From contig JAZKFH010000003.1 in the NCBI GenBank assembly GCA_040386535.1, positions 192,001 to 256,000 of the forward strand: a stretch of DNA of 64,000 nucleotides, given 5' to 3'. The number at the start of each line of letters is the position of its first letter. The stretch's first letter is position 1. The notes under the pieces were generated by a model, which had not been told where the DNA came from, did not search any database, and worked only from the letters and a program-made list of their open reading frames with translations. Source of the DNA: Myxococcota bacterium (GTDB lineage Bacteria > Myxococcota_A > UBA796 > SXON01). The position numbers and the translations under genes are program-made. Below, piece after piece: positions 29,943 to 41,170 of the stretch.

Positions 29943-31705
29943 TCGAGGATCACCGGGGTGGGCATCACGACCGCGCCGGCGCCCACGTCGACCGAGCGCG
30001 TGTCGGAGCGCCCGGTGACCGGGTCACGCACGACGATCTCGTGCTTGCCGGCGGCGATGCTGTGGAGGCGGAGCGGGGTCACGCCCACCTTCGCGCCGTC
30101 CACGAACACCTCGAGCTTGAGGGGGCGGCTGGTGAGGTTGAGAAAACCTGGCGCCGCGGCGGGGGCTTTCGTCGGTGTCGGCGTGGGCGCTACGGTCGCG
30201 ACCGGGGCCGTCGGTTCCACAACGGCCTCCCCCGTCGGCTCGACCTTCACGAGGGGCGCCGTCTCGGTGACGGGCGCGACCTGGGTTCCCGTCGGCGTCG
30301 CCCCGGGAGCCACCATAGGGCCCGCCGCCGCCGTGCCCGTTCCACTCACGACGGCCGTGGCGGGCGCCGTACTCTTCTCGACCGCCTCGGCGGGCGCGCG
30401 GGTCCCCTTCCCGCTCGGCTCCACCGCAGCTCGCTCCACCGCCACCACGGGCGCAACCACGGCCTCGACCGGCCCCTGCTCCACGGGACTCGCGACGACC
30501 ACGGGGGGTGGCTGGATCACGTCCCAGAACCACCACGTCAACCCGACCCCGCCGACGATCAGCCCGCCGAGCAGGACGGTGGAGAGCCCCACCCCCGCCG
30601 CGGCCCACGCCATCCACAGCGGCTGTCCCGGTGGCGCCTCGATCGACGCCACGTTCAGCGTGCCCGACGCCTCGCTGGGCGGCGCCGGCACCACGATCGG
30701 GCGCGTCCCGGTGGAGGCGCCGTCCCGATAGGCGCGCAGGCGGCGGGTGATGTCGTTGACGCCCTCGCCGTGGGCCTCGCGGAGCAGCTCGGCGATCCAC
30801 CGCGGCGGCGCCGGGCCCCCGATGGGGGAGAGCGCGATCTCCAGGTCGGCCCGGAACGCGTCGGCCGAGGTGTACCGATCGTCGGGGCGGACCGCGAGCG
30901 CTTTTGCGTGGATGCGGCGGAGGAGCGGCAGATCGGGGTGGTCCACCGTGTCGGGCAGCGGCGGGATCTGGCCGGACAGGATCCGGTGGAGGATCTGCAC
31001 CTCCGTGAGCCCGGCGAACGGACTGCGCCCGGTGAGGAGCTCGTGGAACACCAACGCCAGCGCGAACACGTCGGCCCGGCCGTCGATCGCGCCGTCCCCC
31101 TGGATCTGCTCGGGCGCCATGTAGGCGAACTTGCCCTTCATGGTGTTGCCCTCGGTCTTCTCCAGGCGGTCGGCCGCCTTGGCCACGCCGAAGTCGATGA
31201 GCTTCACCTCGCCGTTCACCGAGAGCATCACGTTGCGCGGGTTCACGTCGCGATGGACGATGTTCATCGGGCGGCCGAGCTGGTCGACGCGGGTGTGCGC
31301 GTACTGGAGCGCACGGAGCACCCCGACCAGCACGGTGAGCGCGATGCGCACCGGCAGCAGCTTGCCCTTGTGCGCGAGCGCGATCTGGAGCGCCCGGAGG
31401 TCAAGCCCCGGGACGTACTCCATCGCCATGTAGAACTCGTCGCCCTCGCGGCCGAAGTCGTACACCTGCGCGATGTTCTCGTGGGAGAGCTCCGCGTTGA
31501 TGCGGGCCTCGTCCTGGAACATGCGCACGTACTGCTCGTCGATCTGGTTCGACGCGCGGATCCGCTTGATGACGATGAAGCGGACGAAGCCGCCCTCACC
31601 GACCGCGCGCCGCGCGAGATCGACCTCCGACATGCCGCCGGCCCCGAGCCGCTCGAGCAGCAGGTAGGTGCCGTAGGGCCGGGGGTAGGCGGCGAGCTCG
31701 TTCAC
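29939..31705 (-). CDS. membrane Ser/Thr protein kinase with PEGA-like domain
   Basis: LGAGGMSEV, IKRI, HRDVNPRN, DFGVAK, YMAPE; TM helix; VFVDG..VGVTPL. Confidence 0.92.
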   Translation of the reverse strand: MNELAAYPRPYGTYLLLERLGAGGMSEVDLARRAVGEGGFVRFIVIKRIRASNQIDEQYVRMFQDEARINAELSHENIAQVYDFGREGDEFYMAMEYVPGLDLRALQIALAHKGKLLPVRIALTVLVGVLRALQYAHTRVDQLGRPMNIVHRDVNPRNVMLSVNGEVKLIDFGVAKAADRLEKTEGNTMKGKFAYMAPEQIQGDGAIDGRADVFALALVFHELLTGRSPFAGLTEVQILHRILSGQIPPLPDTVDHPDLPLLRRIHAKALAVRPDDRYTSADAFRADLEIALSPIGGPAPPRWIAELLREAHGEGVNDITRRLRAYRDGASTGTRPIVVPAPPSEASGTLNVASIEAPPGQPLWMAWAAAGVGLSTVLLGGLIVGGVGLTWWFWDVIQPPPVVVASPVEQGPVEAVVAPVVAVERAAVEPSGKGTRAPAEAVEKSTAPATAVVSGTGTAAAGPMVAPGATPTGTQVAPVTETAPLVKVEPTGEAVVEPTAPVATVAPTPTPTKAPAAAPGFLNLTSRPLKLEVFVDGAKVGVTPLRLHSIAAGKHEIVVRDPVTGRSDTRSVDVGAGAVVMPTPVILE

Positions 31706-31724
31706 GACACGAGAGTATACGGGA

Positions 31725-32843
31725 TCAGGCCGAGCGCCCGAGCAGCGCGAACTTGAGGTACCGCCCCTCGGGGTGGCCGATGGCGACCGGGTGATCGGGC
31801 GGCTCCGCCGCGCGCGCCATCCAGGCCCAGCCGCCCTTGACGCCCTCGCGCACGGCCTCCTCCCACCGATCCCACGAGAGCCGCGCGGTGCACGACGAGG
31901 TGGAGAACAGCTCGGTGGAGAGCTCGGAGGCGTGCTTGTTCAGGTCGCGGTACGCCTTGCGCGCGGCGTTGTCGGCTTCCTTACCGTGGGCCAGCGAGGG
32001 CGGATCGCAGATGACCAGCTCGGCGCGACCGCCCGCCCAGGCGAACGCGTCGGTGGCCTCGAAGCCGTGCGCGCCGGGATCGAGCCCGTTGAGGCGGAAG
32101 TTCTCCTTCGCGTCCTCGATGGCGGCGGGCGCGATGTCGACGCTCACCACCCGGCGCGCCCCGCCCAGCGCCGCGGCGAGCGAGAAGCCCCCGTTGTACG
32201 CGAACAGGTTCACCACGGTGCGCCCCTTGGCCCACTCCCGGATGGACCGCCGGTTCTCGCGCTGATCGAGAAAGAGGCCGGTCTTCTGCCCGGTCTTCAC
32301 CCGCGCGAGCATCCGCATCCCGTGTTCGCGCACGATCACGCCGTCCGCCGGCTCCGGCCCGGCGAGCGTGTCCCCGCCCTCCTTGTCGTCGACGATCGTG
32401 ACCCCGTAGCGCCGATAGAGCGTCGTGAAGCGCGGCCGCAGCGCGTCCACGATCGCGCCCAGGTGCGGCTCCCAGGCGGCGCTGTACAGCCGCACCACGC
32501 CCACGTCGGCGTAGCGGTCGACCACCAGGCCGCCCAGCCCGTCGCCTTCGCCGTTGCAGAGGCGGTAGCAGTCGGTGTCCCCGCCCACCAGCGTGCGTCG
32601 GCGCTCGGCCGCGGCGAGGCGCGTCCGCAGCAGCGCCTCGATGGTCATCGGCTCGCGCCCGAGCACGCGCACCGCGATGATCCCCTTGTCGAACAGGCCC
32701 CAGGCCACGGTCTTGTTCTTCTCGTCGACCAGCAGCACGGCCTCGCCGACCGGCGCGGAGCCCCGCACCCCGTCGCGGTACACCCATGGGTGGCCGCGCG
32801 CGACGGTGCCGACGGTATCGCGCGTGAGAGGGAGGCGTCGCAT
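31725..32843 (-). CDS. class I SAM-dependent rRNA methyltransferase (RlmI-like)
   Basis: GHPWVY, NGEGDGLGGLVVDRY, GQKTGLFLDQRENR, DPPS, DHP...PEGRYLK. Confidence 0.9.
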   Translation of the reverse strand: MRRLPLTRDTVGTVARGHPWVYRDGVRGSAPVGEAVLLVDEKNKTVAWGLFDKGIIAVRVLGREPMTIEALLRTRLAAAERRRTLVGGDTDCYRLCNGEGDGLGGLVVDRYADVGVVRLYSAAWEPHLGAIVDALRPRFTTLYRRYGVTIVDDKEGGDTLAGPEPADGVIVREHGMRMLARVKTGQKTGLFLDQRENRRSIREWAKGRTVVNLFAYNGGFSLAAALGGARRVVSVDIAPAAIEDAKENFRLNGLDPGAHGFEATDAFAWAGGRAELVICDPPSLAHGKEADNAARKAYRDLNKHASELSTELFSTSSCTARLSWDRWEEAVREGVKGGWAWMARAAEPPDHPVAIGHPEGRYLKFALLGRSA

Positions 32844-32895
32844 GCCGCCCTGCTAACAGATCGCGGGCGCGGGCTCATCGCGGTACCATGCGCCC

Positions 32896-34170
<1,275 letters not shown>

Positions 34171-34304
34171 TCGCCCGGGTCAGGGTCCCGCTTTGTCTGT
34201 TTGGACCCTGACCGTCCGCGAGCCCACGACCTTGGGCTCCGCGTGCGCACCTTCGATGTGAATGTCTCCCCGTCCCCACACGTCTACCGGTGCAGGAGGA
34301 ACAC

Positions 34305-34730
34305 ATGATCCGCGCCGCAACCACCCCCCTCTTTGCGTTCCTGGCCTCCGCCGCCCTCTCCGGCTGCTTCGTCTACGCCGACACGCCCAAGCCGGTGGCG
34401 AACATCGCGCCCGAGATCGTGTACGCCGACGCGGGCTGTTACCCCGACGACTACTACCACGACTTCGTCTGGTACTTCGACGCGGACGTGGAGGACTACG
34501 ACGGCTCGAACGACGTGTACGAGGTCTTCGTCGACGTGTACGACGACTGGACCGGCGAGTGGATCGACGGGTTCGACCTGCTCCCCGAGGAGGGCGTCAC
34601 CTGGTACAGCGCGTGGGTCGGCAGCTCGACCTACCTCGACTGCACCTATTCCGGGTACGTCGTGGACTTCACGGCGGTCGACATCTTCGGCGCGGCCGAC
34701 GTCGTCACCGTGTACCCCGCGACCTGGTAG
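34305..34730 (+). CDS. acidic lipoprotein of unknown function
   Basis: AGGAGG RBS, LSGC lipobox. Confidence 0.75.
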   Translation: MIRAATTPLFAFLASAALSGCFVYADTPKPVANIAPEIVYADAGCYPDDYYHDFVWYFDADVEDYDGSNDVYEVFVDVYDDWTGEWIDGFDLLPEEGVTWYSAWVGSSTYLDCTYSGYVVDFTAVDIFGAADVVTVYPATW

Positions 34731-34819
34731 CCGCGCCGGGCCGAGTCGCCGCGCTACGCCAAGAGCGATGCGCGGACAGCGCCTTGCCGTACGTCGGGTC
34801 GCGCTTACCATTCCAGGTC

Positions 34820-35074
34820 ATGGCCAAGGTCACGATCTACTCCTCCGATTTCTGCGGCTACTGCCGCGCGGCGAAGCGCCTCTTCGAGTCCAAGGGCATC
34901 CCCTACGAGGAGATCGACCTCTCGGGGGACGACGCGGGGAGGGACGCGCTGCGCGTGCGCACCGGCCGCACCTCGGTGCCCCAGATCTTCGTGGGCGAGG
35001 TGCACGTAGGCGGGTTCGACGACCTGCGCGCGCTCGACCTGAAGGGCGGGCTCCAGCCGCTTCTCGACGCCTGA
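34820..35074 (+). CDS. grxC: glutaredoxin 3-like protein
   Basis: CGYC, TSVPQIF, HVGGFDDL. Confidence 0.88.
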   Translation: MAKVTIYSSDFCGYCRAAKRLFESKGIPYEEIDLSGDDAGRDALRVRTGRTSVPQIFVGEVHVGGFDDLRALDLKGGLQPLLDA

Positions 35075-35084
35075 TCCGGTGGGG

Positions 35085-35672
35085 ATGCCGCCCCTCTGGT
35101 GGGGCGCCGTCGCCGCATCGCTCGCCTACCTCGTCATCGTCACACGCGGGCTGACCGGGCCAGTGCGTGGCGTAAAGGTGCTGCCGGCGCTGCTGCTCGC
35201 CGGCGTCCTCGCGCCAATCGCGCCGCTCGCGGCCGTCGGCATGGCGTTCTCCGCCGCCGGGGACGCCTTCCTGCTCGACAAGGCGCGCTTCCTGCTCCAC
35301 GGGCTGGCGGCGTTCCTGGTCGGGCACCTGCTGTTCGTGCCGGCGTTCATCGGGGCGTCGGGACAGTGGCCCTCGCCGTACGTCGTCGGCATCCTCGTGG
35401 CGCTTGCCACCTCCGTCACGCTGCTGGTGCGCCCCCGGTCGGGGGTGATGCGCGTGGCGGTGCCCGTGTACGCCGTGACGCTGTGCGCGATGGCCGCGGC
35501 CGCGAGCACGCTCGGCACGCTCGGGCTCGTCGGCGGCGTGCTGTTCCTGGCCTCCGACCTGTTGCTCGCGGTGAACCAGTTCAAGCGCCCGATCCCCGGG
35601 CGGGACCTGCTCGTGATGAGCACGTACTACGGTGCGCTCCTCACGTTGACGGCCGGCCTGCTCGCCGCCTGA
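35085..35672 (+). CDS. lysoplasmalogenase (YhhN family)
   Basis: SAAGDAFL, GLAAFLVGH, LFLASDLLLA, VMSTYYGA. Confidence 0.85.
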   Translation: MPPLWWGAVAASLAYLVIVTRGLTGPVRGVKVLPALLLAGVLAPIAPLAAVGMAFSAAGDAFLLDKARFLLHGLAAFLVGHLLFVPAFIGASGQWPSPYVVGILVALATSVTLLVRPRSGVMRVAVPVYAVTLCAMAAAASTLGTLGLVGGVLFLASDLLLAVNQFKRPIPGRDLLVMSTYYGALLTLTAGLLAA

Positions 35673-35807
35673 CCCCTCGACAGGCTCTTACAGCGCCCTT
35701 GACCCGCCAAGATTCTTTTTGCATCCGCCGCCTACGACGTGGTAGAGTTGGCTATCCCCCCGCTGGGCTCCCTCCCGGCACCCCTCCCCTCGCTCCCCCA
35801 TACCGCC

Positions 35808-36716
35808 ATGGCGCACCCTGCCACCACCTCAAGCGCAGCTGCGCCTGTGCGGACCGATCCGCTCACCCTCCGCACGGTCGCGGGCGGGTCGCTGGTGCTC
35901 GAACTGGCGCCGGGAGCGAGCTTCGACACCCTGCGCACGGCCCTCCGCACGGAGCTGGGCGCGGTGCCCGGCAAGTACACGGGTACGTCCGCGCGGTTCG
36001 ACCTCGGGCGTCGGGAGATCGACCTGTTCGACCTCCGCCGGCTGGTGCACCTCGTCAAGGACGAGTTCGGCGTGGACATCGTGGGGGTGTACTGCACCTC
36101 CGAGGCGGTCCAGCGGCACGCGGAGCGGGAGCTCAAGCTCAAGGTGCACATCCTGGCCCCCGTGGTCGAGGCCGCGCCGGTGGTCACGCCCGCGCAAGCC
36201 GCGCCGCTCGCGGGGCAGGCCGAAGAGGGCCCCACTGAGCTCGTACGCGGCGCCAGCGTCGAGGACGATGACGACGCCGAGCAGGAGGGCGCCGGGCGCG
36301 TCCTCACGATCGACGGCACGGTGCGCTCCGGCGCGGTCGTCCGCTTCGCGGGCGACATCCAGGTCTTTGGAGACGTGAACCCGGGCGCCCAGCTCATCGC
36401 GGGCGGAAACGTCCTGGTGTTCGGCGCGCTCAAGGGGCTGGCCCACGCCGGCGCCCGCGGCGATCTCCCCTCCACCACCGGCGTCGGCCCGGTGATCCTC
36501 GCCTTCGACATGCGTCCCACGCAGCTTCGGATCGGCAAGGTCATCCAGCTCCCGGCGCACGCGCCCGACCACGCCGCGCGGCACATCGCTCCCGAGATCG
36601 CGTGGATGTCCAACGGCAGCATCGTGATCGAGCCCTACCGTGGCCGCCTCCCGTCCGCGCCCAGCGCCGCGACGCATGGAGTTTCGGCCAGCCCCGCATC
36701 CAAGGAGTCTTCATGA
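35808..36716 (+). CDS. minC: septum site-determining protein MinC
   Basis: TVRSG, GDVNPGAQLIAGGNVLVFGALKGLAHAG, PTQLRIG; start uncertain (35739 or 35808). Confidence 0.88.
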   Translation: MAHPATTSSAAAPVRTDPLTLRTVAGGSLVLELAPGASFDTLRTALRTELGAVPGKYTGTSARFDLGRREIDLFDLRRLVHLVKDEFGVDIVGVYCTSEAVQRHAERELKLKVHILAPVVEAAPVVTPAQAAPLAGQAEEGPTELVRGASVEDDDDAEQEGAGRVLTIDGTVRSGAVVRFAGDIQVFGDVNPGAQLIAGGNVLVFGALKGLAHAGARGDLPSTTGVGPVILAFDMRPTQLRIGKVIQLPAHAPDHAARHIAPEIAWMSNGSIVIEPYRGRLPSAPSAATHGVSASPASKESS

Positions 36717-37531
36717 GTGAGTGCATCGTCGTCACCTCGGGCAAGGGCGGCGTCGGAAAGACGACGACCACCGCCAACCTGGGCGTGGCGCTCGCGTTGT
36801 TGGGGAAGAAGGTCGTCGTGGTCGACGCGGACATCGGTCTGCGCAACCTCGACGTGATCCTCGGCCTCGAGAACCGAATCGTCTATGACCTGGTGCACGT
36901 CATCGAGGGCGAGTGCCGCCTACGGCAGGCGCTGATCAAGGACAAGCGTGTCGACACGCTGTTCCTGCTGCCCGCCGCGCAGACCCGCGACAAGAACGCG
37001 GTGAGCCCAGAGGCCATGCGCACGCTGGTCGCGCAGCTCAAGGCCGACTTCGACTACGTCATCATCGACTGCCCCGCGGGCATCGAGCAGGGCTTCAAGA
37101 ACGCGATCGCCGGGGCGGACCGCGCCCTCATCGTCGTCACGCCCGAGGTCAGCTCCATTCGTGACGCCGACCGCATCATCGGCCTCGTCGAGGCCGCCGA
37201 GCTCCCCGAGCCGCAGCTCATCGTGAACCGCTTCCGCGCGAAGATGGTCAAGCGCGGTGACATGATGAACAAGGACGACATCCTCGAGATCCTCGCCATC
37301 CCGCTCGTCGGGATGGTCCCGGACCACGAGGACGTGATCGTCAGCGCCAACCGCGGCATGCCGGCGGTGTTCGACGAGAAGTCGATCGTCGGCGAGGCCT
37401 ACCGCCGCATCGCCCGCCGCGTCAACGGCGAGACCGACATCCCGTTCGTCGCGCTCGAAGAGCCCGACACCTTCTGGAGCGTCATGAAGCGCTGGATCGG
37501 GCTCGCGCCCGCCAAGGAGGCGACCTCGTGA
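36713..37531 (+). CDS. minD: septum site-determining protein MinD
   Basis: TSGKGGVGKTT, DADIGLRNLD, DCPAGIEQGF, PEVSSIRDADR, C-terminal amphipathic helix. Confidence 0.97.
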   Translation: MSECIVVTSGKGGVGKTTTTANLGVALALLGKKVVVVDADIGLRNLDVILGLENRIVYDLVHVIEGECRLRQALIKDKRVDTLFLLPAAQTRDKNAVSPEAMRTLVAQLKADFDYVIIDCPAGIEQGFKNAIAGADRALIVVTPEVSSIRDADRIIGLVEAAELPEPQLIVNRFRAKMVKRGDMMNKDDILEILAIPLVGMVPDHEDVIVSANRGMPAVFDEKSIVGEAYRRIARRVNGETDIPFVALEEPDTFWSVMKRWIGLAPAKEATS

Positions 37532-37815
37532 TGTCCCTCTTCGATCGCCTTTTCTCGGGCAAGAGTTCCCAGTCCGCCGGCTCCAAGGAGGACGCCAAGT
37601 CCCGCCTGAAGATCCTGCTCGTTCACGACCAGGTCGACCTGACCCCCTCGCAGATGAACGCCATGAAGGCGGAGATCCTCGAGGTCATCGCGCGCTACTG
37701 CGAAGTGGACCGCGAGCATGTCGACGTGCGCCTGGAGAAGGCGGACAATGGCATCAGCGTCGTGAGCTCGGTGCCGGTGCGCCGAGTCACGTCGCGGACG
37801 GCCGAAGCGACCTAG
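37528..37815 (+). CDS. minE: cell division topological specificity factor MinE
   Basis: SLFDRLF, SKEDAKSRLKILLVHD, MKAEILEVIARY. Confidence 0.92.
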   Translation: MMSLFDRLFSGKSSQSAGSKEDAKSRLKILLVHDQVDLTPSQMNAMKAEILEVIARYCEVDREHVDVRLEKADNGISVVSSVPVRRVTSRTAEAT

Positions 37816-37820
37816 TCGCC

Positions 37821-37860
37821 ACTCCGACCACAGCTACTCCGACCGCAGCTACTCCGACCA
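37821..37860. repeat. 15-bp tandem repeat (about 2.7 copies)
   Basis: ACTCCGACCACAGCT ACTCCGACCGCAGCT ACTCCGACCA. Confidence 0.8.
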
Positions 37861-38199
37861 GACCGCGAGCTCGACCCCGTTCGGATCGCGGAAGTGGAAG
37901 CGGCGCCCGCCCGGGAACGTGAACACCGGGTGCGTGATGCGGCCGCCGTTGGCGACGACGCGGCCCTCGGTGCCGGCGAGGTCGGCCGCGTAGAGCACCA
38001 CCAGCACGCCGCCGCCGTCCACCGGGGCGGGGCCGGTGGTGAAGCCGCCGTTCAGCCGACCGTCGCCAAAGCTCTGGTAGTCGGGGCCGTAGTCCTGGAA
38101 GGACCACCCGAAGGCCGCCTCGTAGAAGCGCCGGGCGGCCGCCACGTCGGGGACGGTGAACTCGAGGTAGTCGATACGTTGGTCGTGCTCGGTGGACAT
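37849..38199 (-). CDS. VOC/glyoxalase family protein
   Basis: IDYLEF, FYEAAFGW.F.DYGPDY, FPGGRRFHFRDPNG.EL. Confidence 0.9.
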   Translation of the reverse strand: MSTEHDQRIDYLEFTVPDVAAARRFYEAAFGWSFQDYGPDYQSFGDGRLNGGFTTGPAPVDGGGVLVVLYAADLAGTEGRVVANGGRITHPVFTFPGGRRFHFRDPNGVELAVWSE

Positions 38200-38300
38200 G
38201 CGATGCTCCTCCGCAACCTCTACCCGAGCCTTGAACGCCTGTCCAGTACGCCGGCACCCGCGCGACGATCGGACGATTGCGCGGTAAGGTTCGGGCGCTG

Positions 38301-39674
38301 ATGGCCACCGTCCTCCTCGCGCACAACTACCACCTCCCGCTCGACCCGCGGGAGGCCCGGGCCGGCAAGCCCTACCCGCCGCTCGGCACGCTGGTGAGCG
38401 CGGCGATGGCGGAGCGCGCGGGGCACGACGTCGCGGTGTACGACCCGATGTTCACGCCGACCGTGGAGACCTTCGCGGCGGCGCTCGACGGGCACCGGCC
38501 CACACGGGTAGCGATCCTGGCCGATCCGCACGCCGTGGCGCAGAAGATGTGCCTCACGAGCATGCGCGACGCGGCCTTCACGATGATCCGGCTCGCGAAG
38601 GAGCGCGGCGCCACCGTGCTCGTGGCGGGGCCTGATACATCGGATCGCCCCGAGATGTATCAGTCCGCGGGCGCCGACGTCGTGGTGGTCGGCGAGCACG
38701 ACGCGCCCCTGCTGGCCTGGCTGGGTGGCGCGCCCCTCGCCGGCATCCTGCCCCGCGGCCCGGTGATGACCGATCTGAAGACCCTCCCCTTCCCCGCCTG
38801 GGACAGCGTCGACATGCGCGCCTACGCCCAGCAGTGGCGCGCGAAACACGGCGTGTGGGAGGTGAATGTATCAACCGCCCGCGGCTGCCCCTATCGGTGC
38901 AACTGGTGCGCGAAGCCGACCTGGGGGCGCACCTACCACGCGCGCCCCGCCGAGCACGTCGCGGCCGAGGTCCGCGCGCTCGTGTCCCGCTACGGGGTCG
39001 ACCGCATCTGGTTCACCGACGACATCTTCGCGATCAAGCCCGCGTGGCTCGCCGCGTATCGCAAATGTATCGGTGATACACCCATCCCGTATCGGTGTCT
39101 CACGCGCGTGGATCTGCTGCAGGACCCCGCCTATGTCGCCGACCTCGCGGCGAGCGGATGCCGGGAGGTCTGGGTTGGGGTCGAGAGCGGCGCCCAGCAC
39201 GTGCTCGACGCGATGGACAAGGACTGCACGGTCGCGGAGATGCGGCGCGCCTCGGAGCTGCTGCGGGACCACGGGATCCGTCGCGGCTTCTTCCTCCAGC
39301 TCGGCTACCCGGGTGAGACGTATCAGGATGTATTGGCGACCGCGCGGCTCATCCGCGAGCTCGGCCCCGAGGAGATCGGCATCACCGTGAGCTACCCGCT
39401 GCCGGGCACGCCGTTCCACGATCGCGTCAAGGACCGCCTGCGCGCGACCAACTGGCAGGCCGCCATGGACAACGAGGTGTTGTTCGAGTCGGAGTACCCC
39501 CAGGCGTTCTACGACGCGGCGCGCGAGCTCATCCGCTCCGAACACGCCTTGATCCGCTTCGAGGCGGATGTGTCACGCGCGGGGGCACGCCGGGCCGCGG
39601 GCGCGATGTATCACTTGTGTCGGTGGCCGATGCAGCGGGCGAAGCTCGCGGTGCACGCCCGGCGTCACGTGTAG
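38301..39674 (+). CDS. B12-binding domain radical SAM protein
   Basis: PYPPLG, RGCPYRCNWC, WFTDD, GVESGAQ, YPLPGT. Confidence 0.9.
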   Translation: MATVLLAHNYHLPLDPREARAGKPYPPLGTLVSAAMAERAGHDVAVYDPMFTPTVETFAAALDGHRPTRVAILADPHAVAQKMCLTSMRDAAFTMIRLAKERGATVLVAGPDTSDRPEMYQSAGADVVVVGEHDAPLLAWLGGAPLAGILPRGPVMTDLKTLPFPAWDSVDMRAYAQQWRAKHGVWEVNVSTARGCPYRCNWCAKPTWGRTYHARPAEHVAAEVRALVSRYGVDRIWFTDDIFAIKPAWLAAYRKCIGDTPIPYRCLTRVDLLQDPAYVADLAASGCREVWVGVESGAQHVLDAMDKDCTVAEMRRASELLRDHGIRRGFFLQLGYPGETYQDVLATARLIRELGPEEIGITVSYPLPGTPFHDRVKDRLRATNWQAAMDNEVLFESEYPQAFYDAARELIRSEHALIRFEADVSRAGARRAAGAMYHLCRWPMQRAKLAVHARRHV

Positions 39675-40198
39675 AGCTGCTCGGCGGGGTCGGGATCGGC
39701 CGGCCCCCGGTTCCAGAACAGGATGAGCTCGGGCCGGATCTCCGCCACGCGGGCGGCGGTCTCCGCGTCCACCAGGACGATCTCCGGCTCGGTGCCGCCG
39801 TCGATCCACGTGATCGCGCCCCGGCCGCGGCGGAGGTCCTCGGCGAGCCGCTCCGGCAGGTACAACTTCCACGCCTCCTTCCCGTCGGGGGAGCGGTGGT
39901 AGAAGCGCTGGGGGCCGGGGCGGAAGCGGACGCGGTTGGACGAGAGGATCTGCCGGCCCTGCCAGAGCACGGTCTCGCGGCGGGCCTGCTCCTCCGCCTC
40001 CTTTCGGCGGGCGAGGCGCTGCGTCTCCTTGGCGATCCGCTCGGCTTCGCGCTCGGCGGCCTCCCGCCGCTCCAGCACCCGCTTCGCCTCCTGGTTGCCG
40101 TGCTGGACGTTCTGCTCCTTGCGCGCGTCGCGCCCGGCGGCGTCCGCGGCCTTCTTGGAGACGATCCCCGCCTTGAGGAGCTGGTCGCGCAGGTTCAT
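39665..40198 (-). CDS. DUF2058-like protein
   Basis: MNLRDQLLKAGIVSKK N-terminus, charged helix. Confidence 0.7.
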   Translation of the reverse strand: MNLRDQLLKAGIVSKKAADAAGRDARKEQNVQHGNQEAKRVLERREAAEREAERIAKETQRLARRKEAEEQARRETVLWQGRQILSSNRVRFRPGPQRFYHRSPDGKEAWKLYLPERLAEDLRRGRGAITWIDGGTEPEIVLVDAETAARVAEIRPELILFWNRGPADPDPAEQLYT

Positions 40199-40228
40199 GC
40201 CACCCTCTAACCGGGGGCTTCGCCCGGT

Positions 40229-41170
40229 TCAGCGCGCGAAGCCCTTGAGGACCTCGAGGTAGTCCACGCCGTTCGGCGGCAGGGGCGGGCGATAGGCGAA
40301 CGGCCCGCGGGTCAGCTCGGTCGCGCACGCCGCCCACATCGGGTCGGGGCTCACCTCGTCGAGGAGCCGCGCGAGCGCCTCGGCCTCGACGAAGCCGCGG
40401 GCGAGCACGGACGCGAAGTAGCCGACGAGCTCCGTGTCCGAGAGCTCGATCGAGCCGCGGATTCGCTCCACACCCGCGGCCGAGAGCTCGCCCGCGCCGT
40501 AGAGGGTCAGCGCGGCCTCGAACCACGAGCGAACGGGCACGACGCGCGAGCCGAGCGGCTCGAACAGGGTGATGGGGCGCCCGCGATCGAGGCGGATGAA
40601 GATGCGGTCGACCGCGTCGGCATGGGACACGTGGCGGAGCGCGGAGAGGGCCTCGACGATGTGGTCCGGGTAGGCGCCCGCGGCCGCGAGCAGGCGGGAG
40701 AGCTCGGTCGGGCCGATGCGGCCGGCGATGGCGTCCGCGTAGACCGAGTACACGAGCGCGTCGACCTCGGCGTCGTCACCGAACAGCGACTCCCGCACCG
40801 CCGCGCCCAGGCCGACCCGCGCGCGCAGGAGCTGCGGCAGCTTGTAGCCGAACTGCCCGCGCACCGCGCGGATGCGGCCCTTGCGCAGGTTGCCGAGGTT
40901 GTCCTTGAGGACGAACTCGTCGAAGCGCACGCCGTCCATCCGCAACTTCTGCTCGAGCACGGGCCGCATCTGGGTCGGCGAGCCCGAAAGAATGAAGATG
41001 CGCGGCCGCCAGCCGGGGCGCTCGCGGGCGAGCTCGCGGAGCAACGCCGGCGCGCCGGGGATCGCCCGCTTGTTGCGCGCGGGCTCGATCGCGCTGCGCA
41101 GCAGCCCGCGCACCGAGTCGATGTCGGTGTGCAGATACGTCTTGTCGAGGTCCCAGCGGTAGACCTGCAC
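40229..41170 (-). CDS. HAD-like phosphatase domain protein (App1/LNS2-like)
   Basis: WDLDKTY, ILSGSP, YKL, LFGDDAEVD. Confidence 0.7.
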   Translation of the reverse strand: MQVYRWDLDKTYLHTDIDSVRGLLRSAIEPARNKRAIPGAPALLRELARERPGWRPRIFILSGSPTQMRPVLEQKLRMDGVRFDEFVLKDNLGNLRKGRIRAVRGQFGYKLPQLLRARVGLGAAVRESLFGDDAEVDALVYSVYADAIAGRIGPTELSRLLAAAGAYPDHIVEALSALRHVSHADAVDRIFIRLDRGRPITLFEPLGSRVVPVRSWFEAALTLYGAGELSAAGVERIRGSIELSDTELVGYFASVLARGFVEAEALARLLDEVSPDPMWAACATELTRGPFAYRPPLPPNGVDYLEVLKGFAR

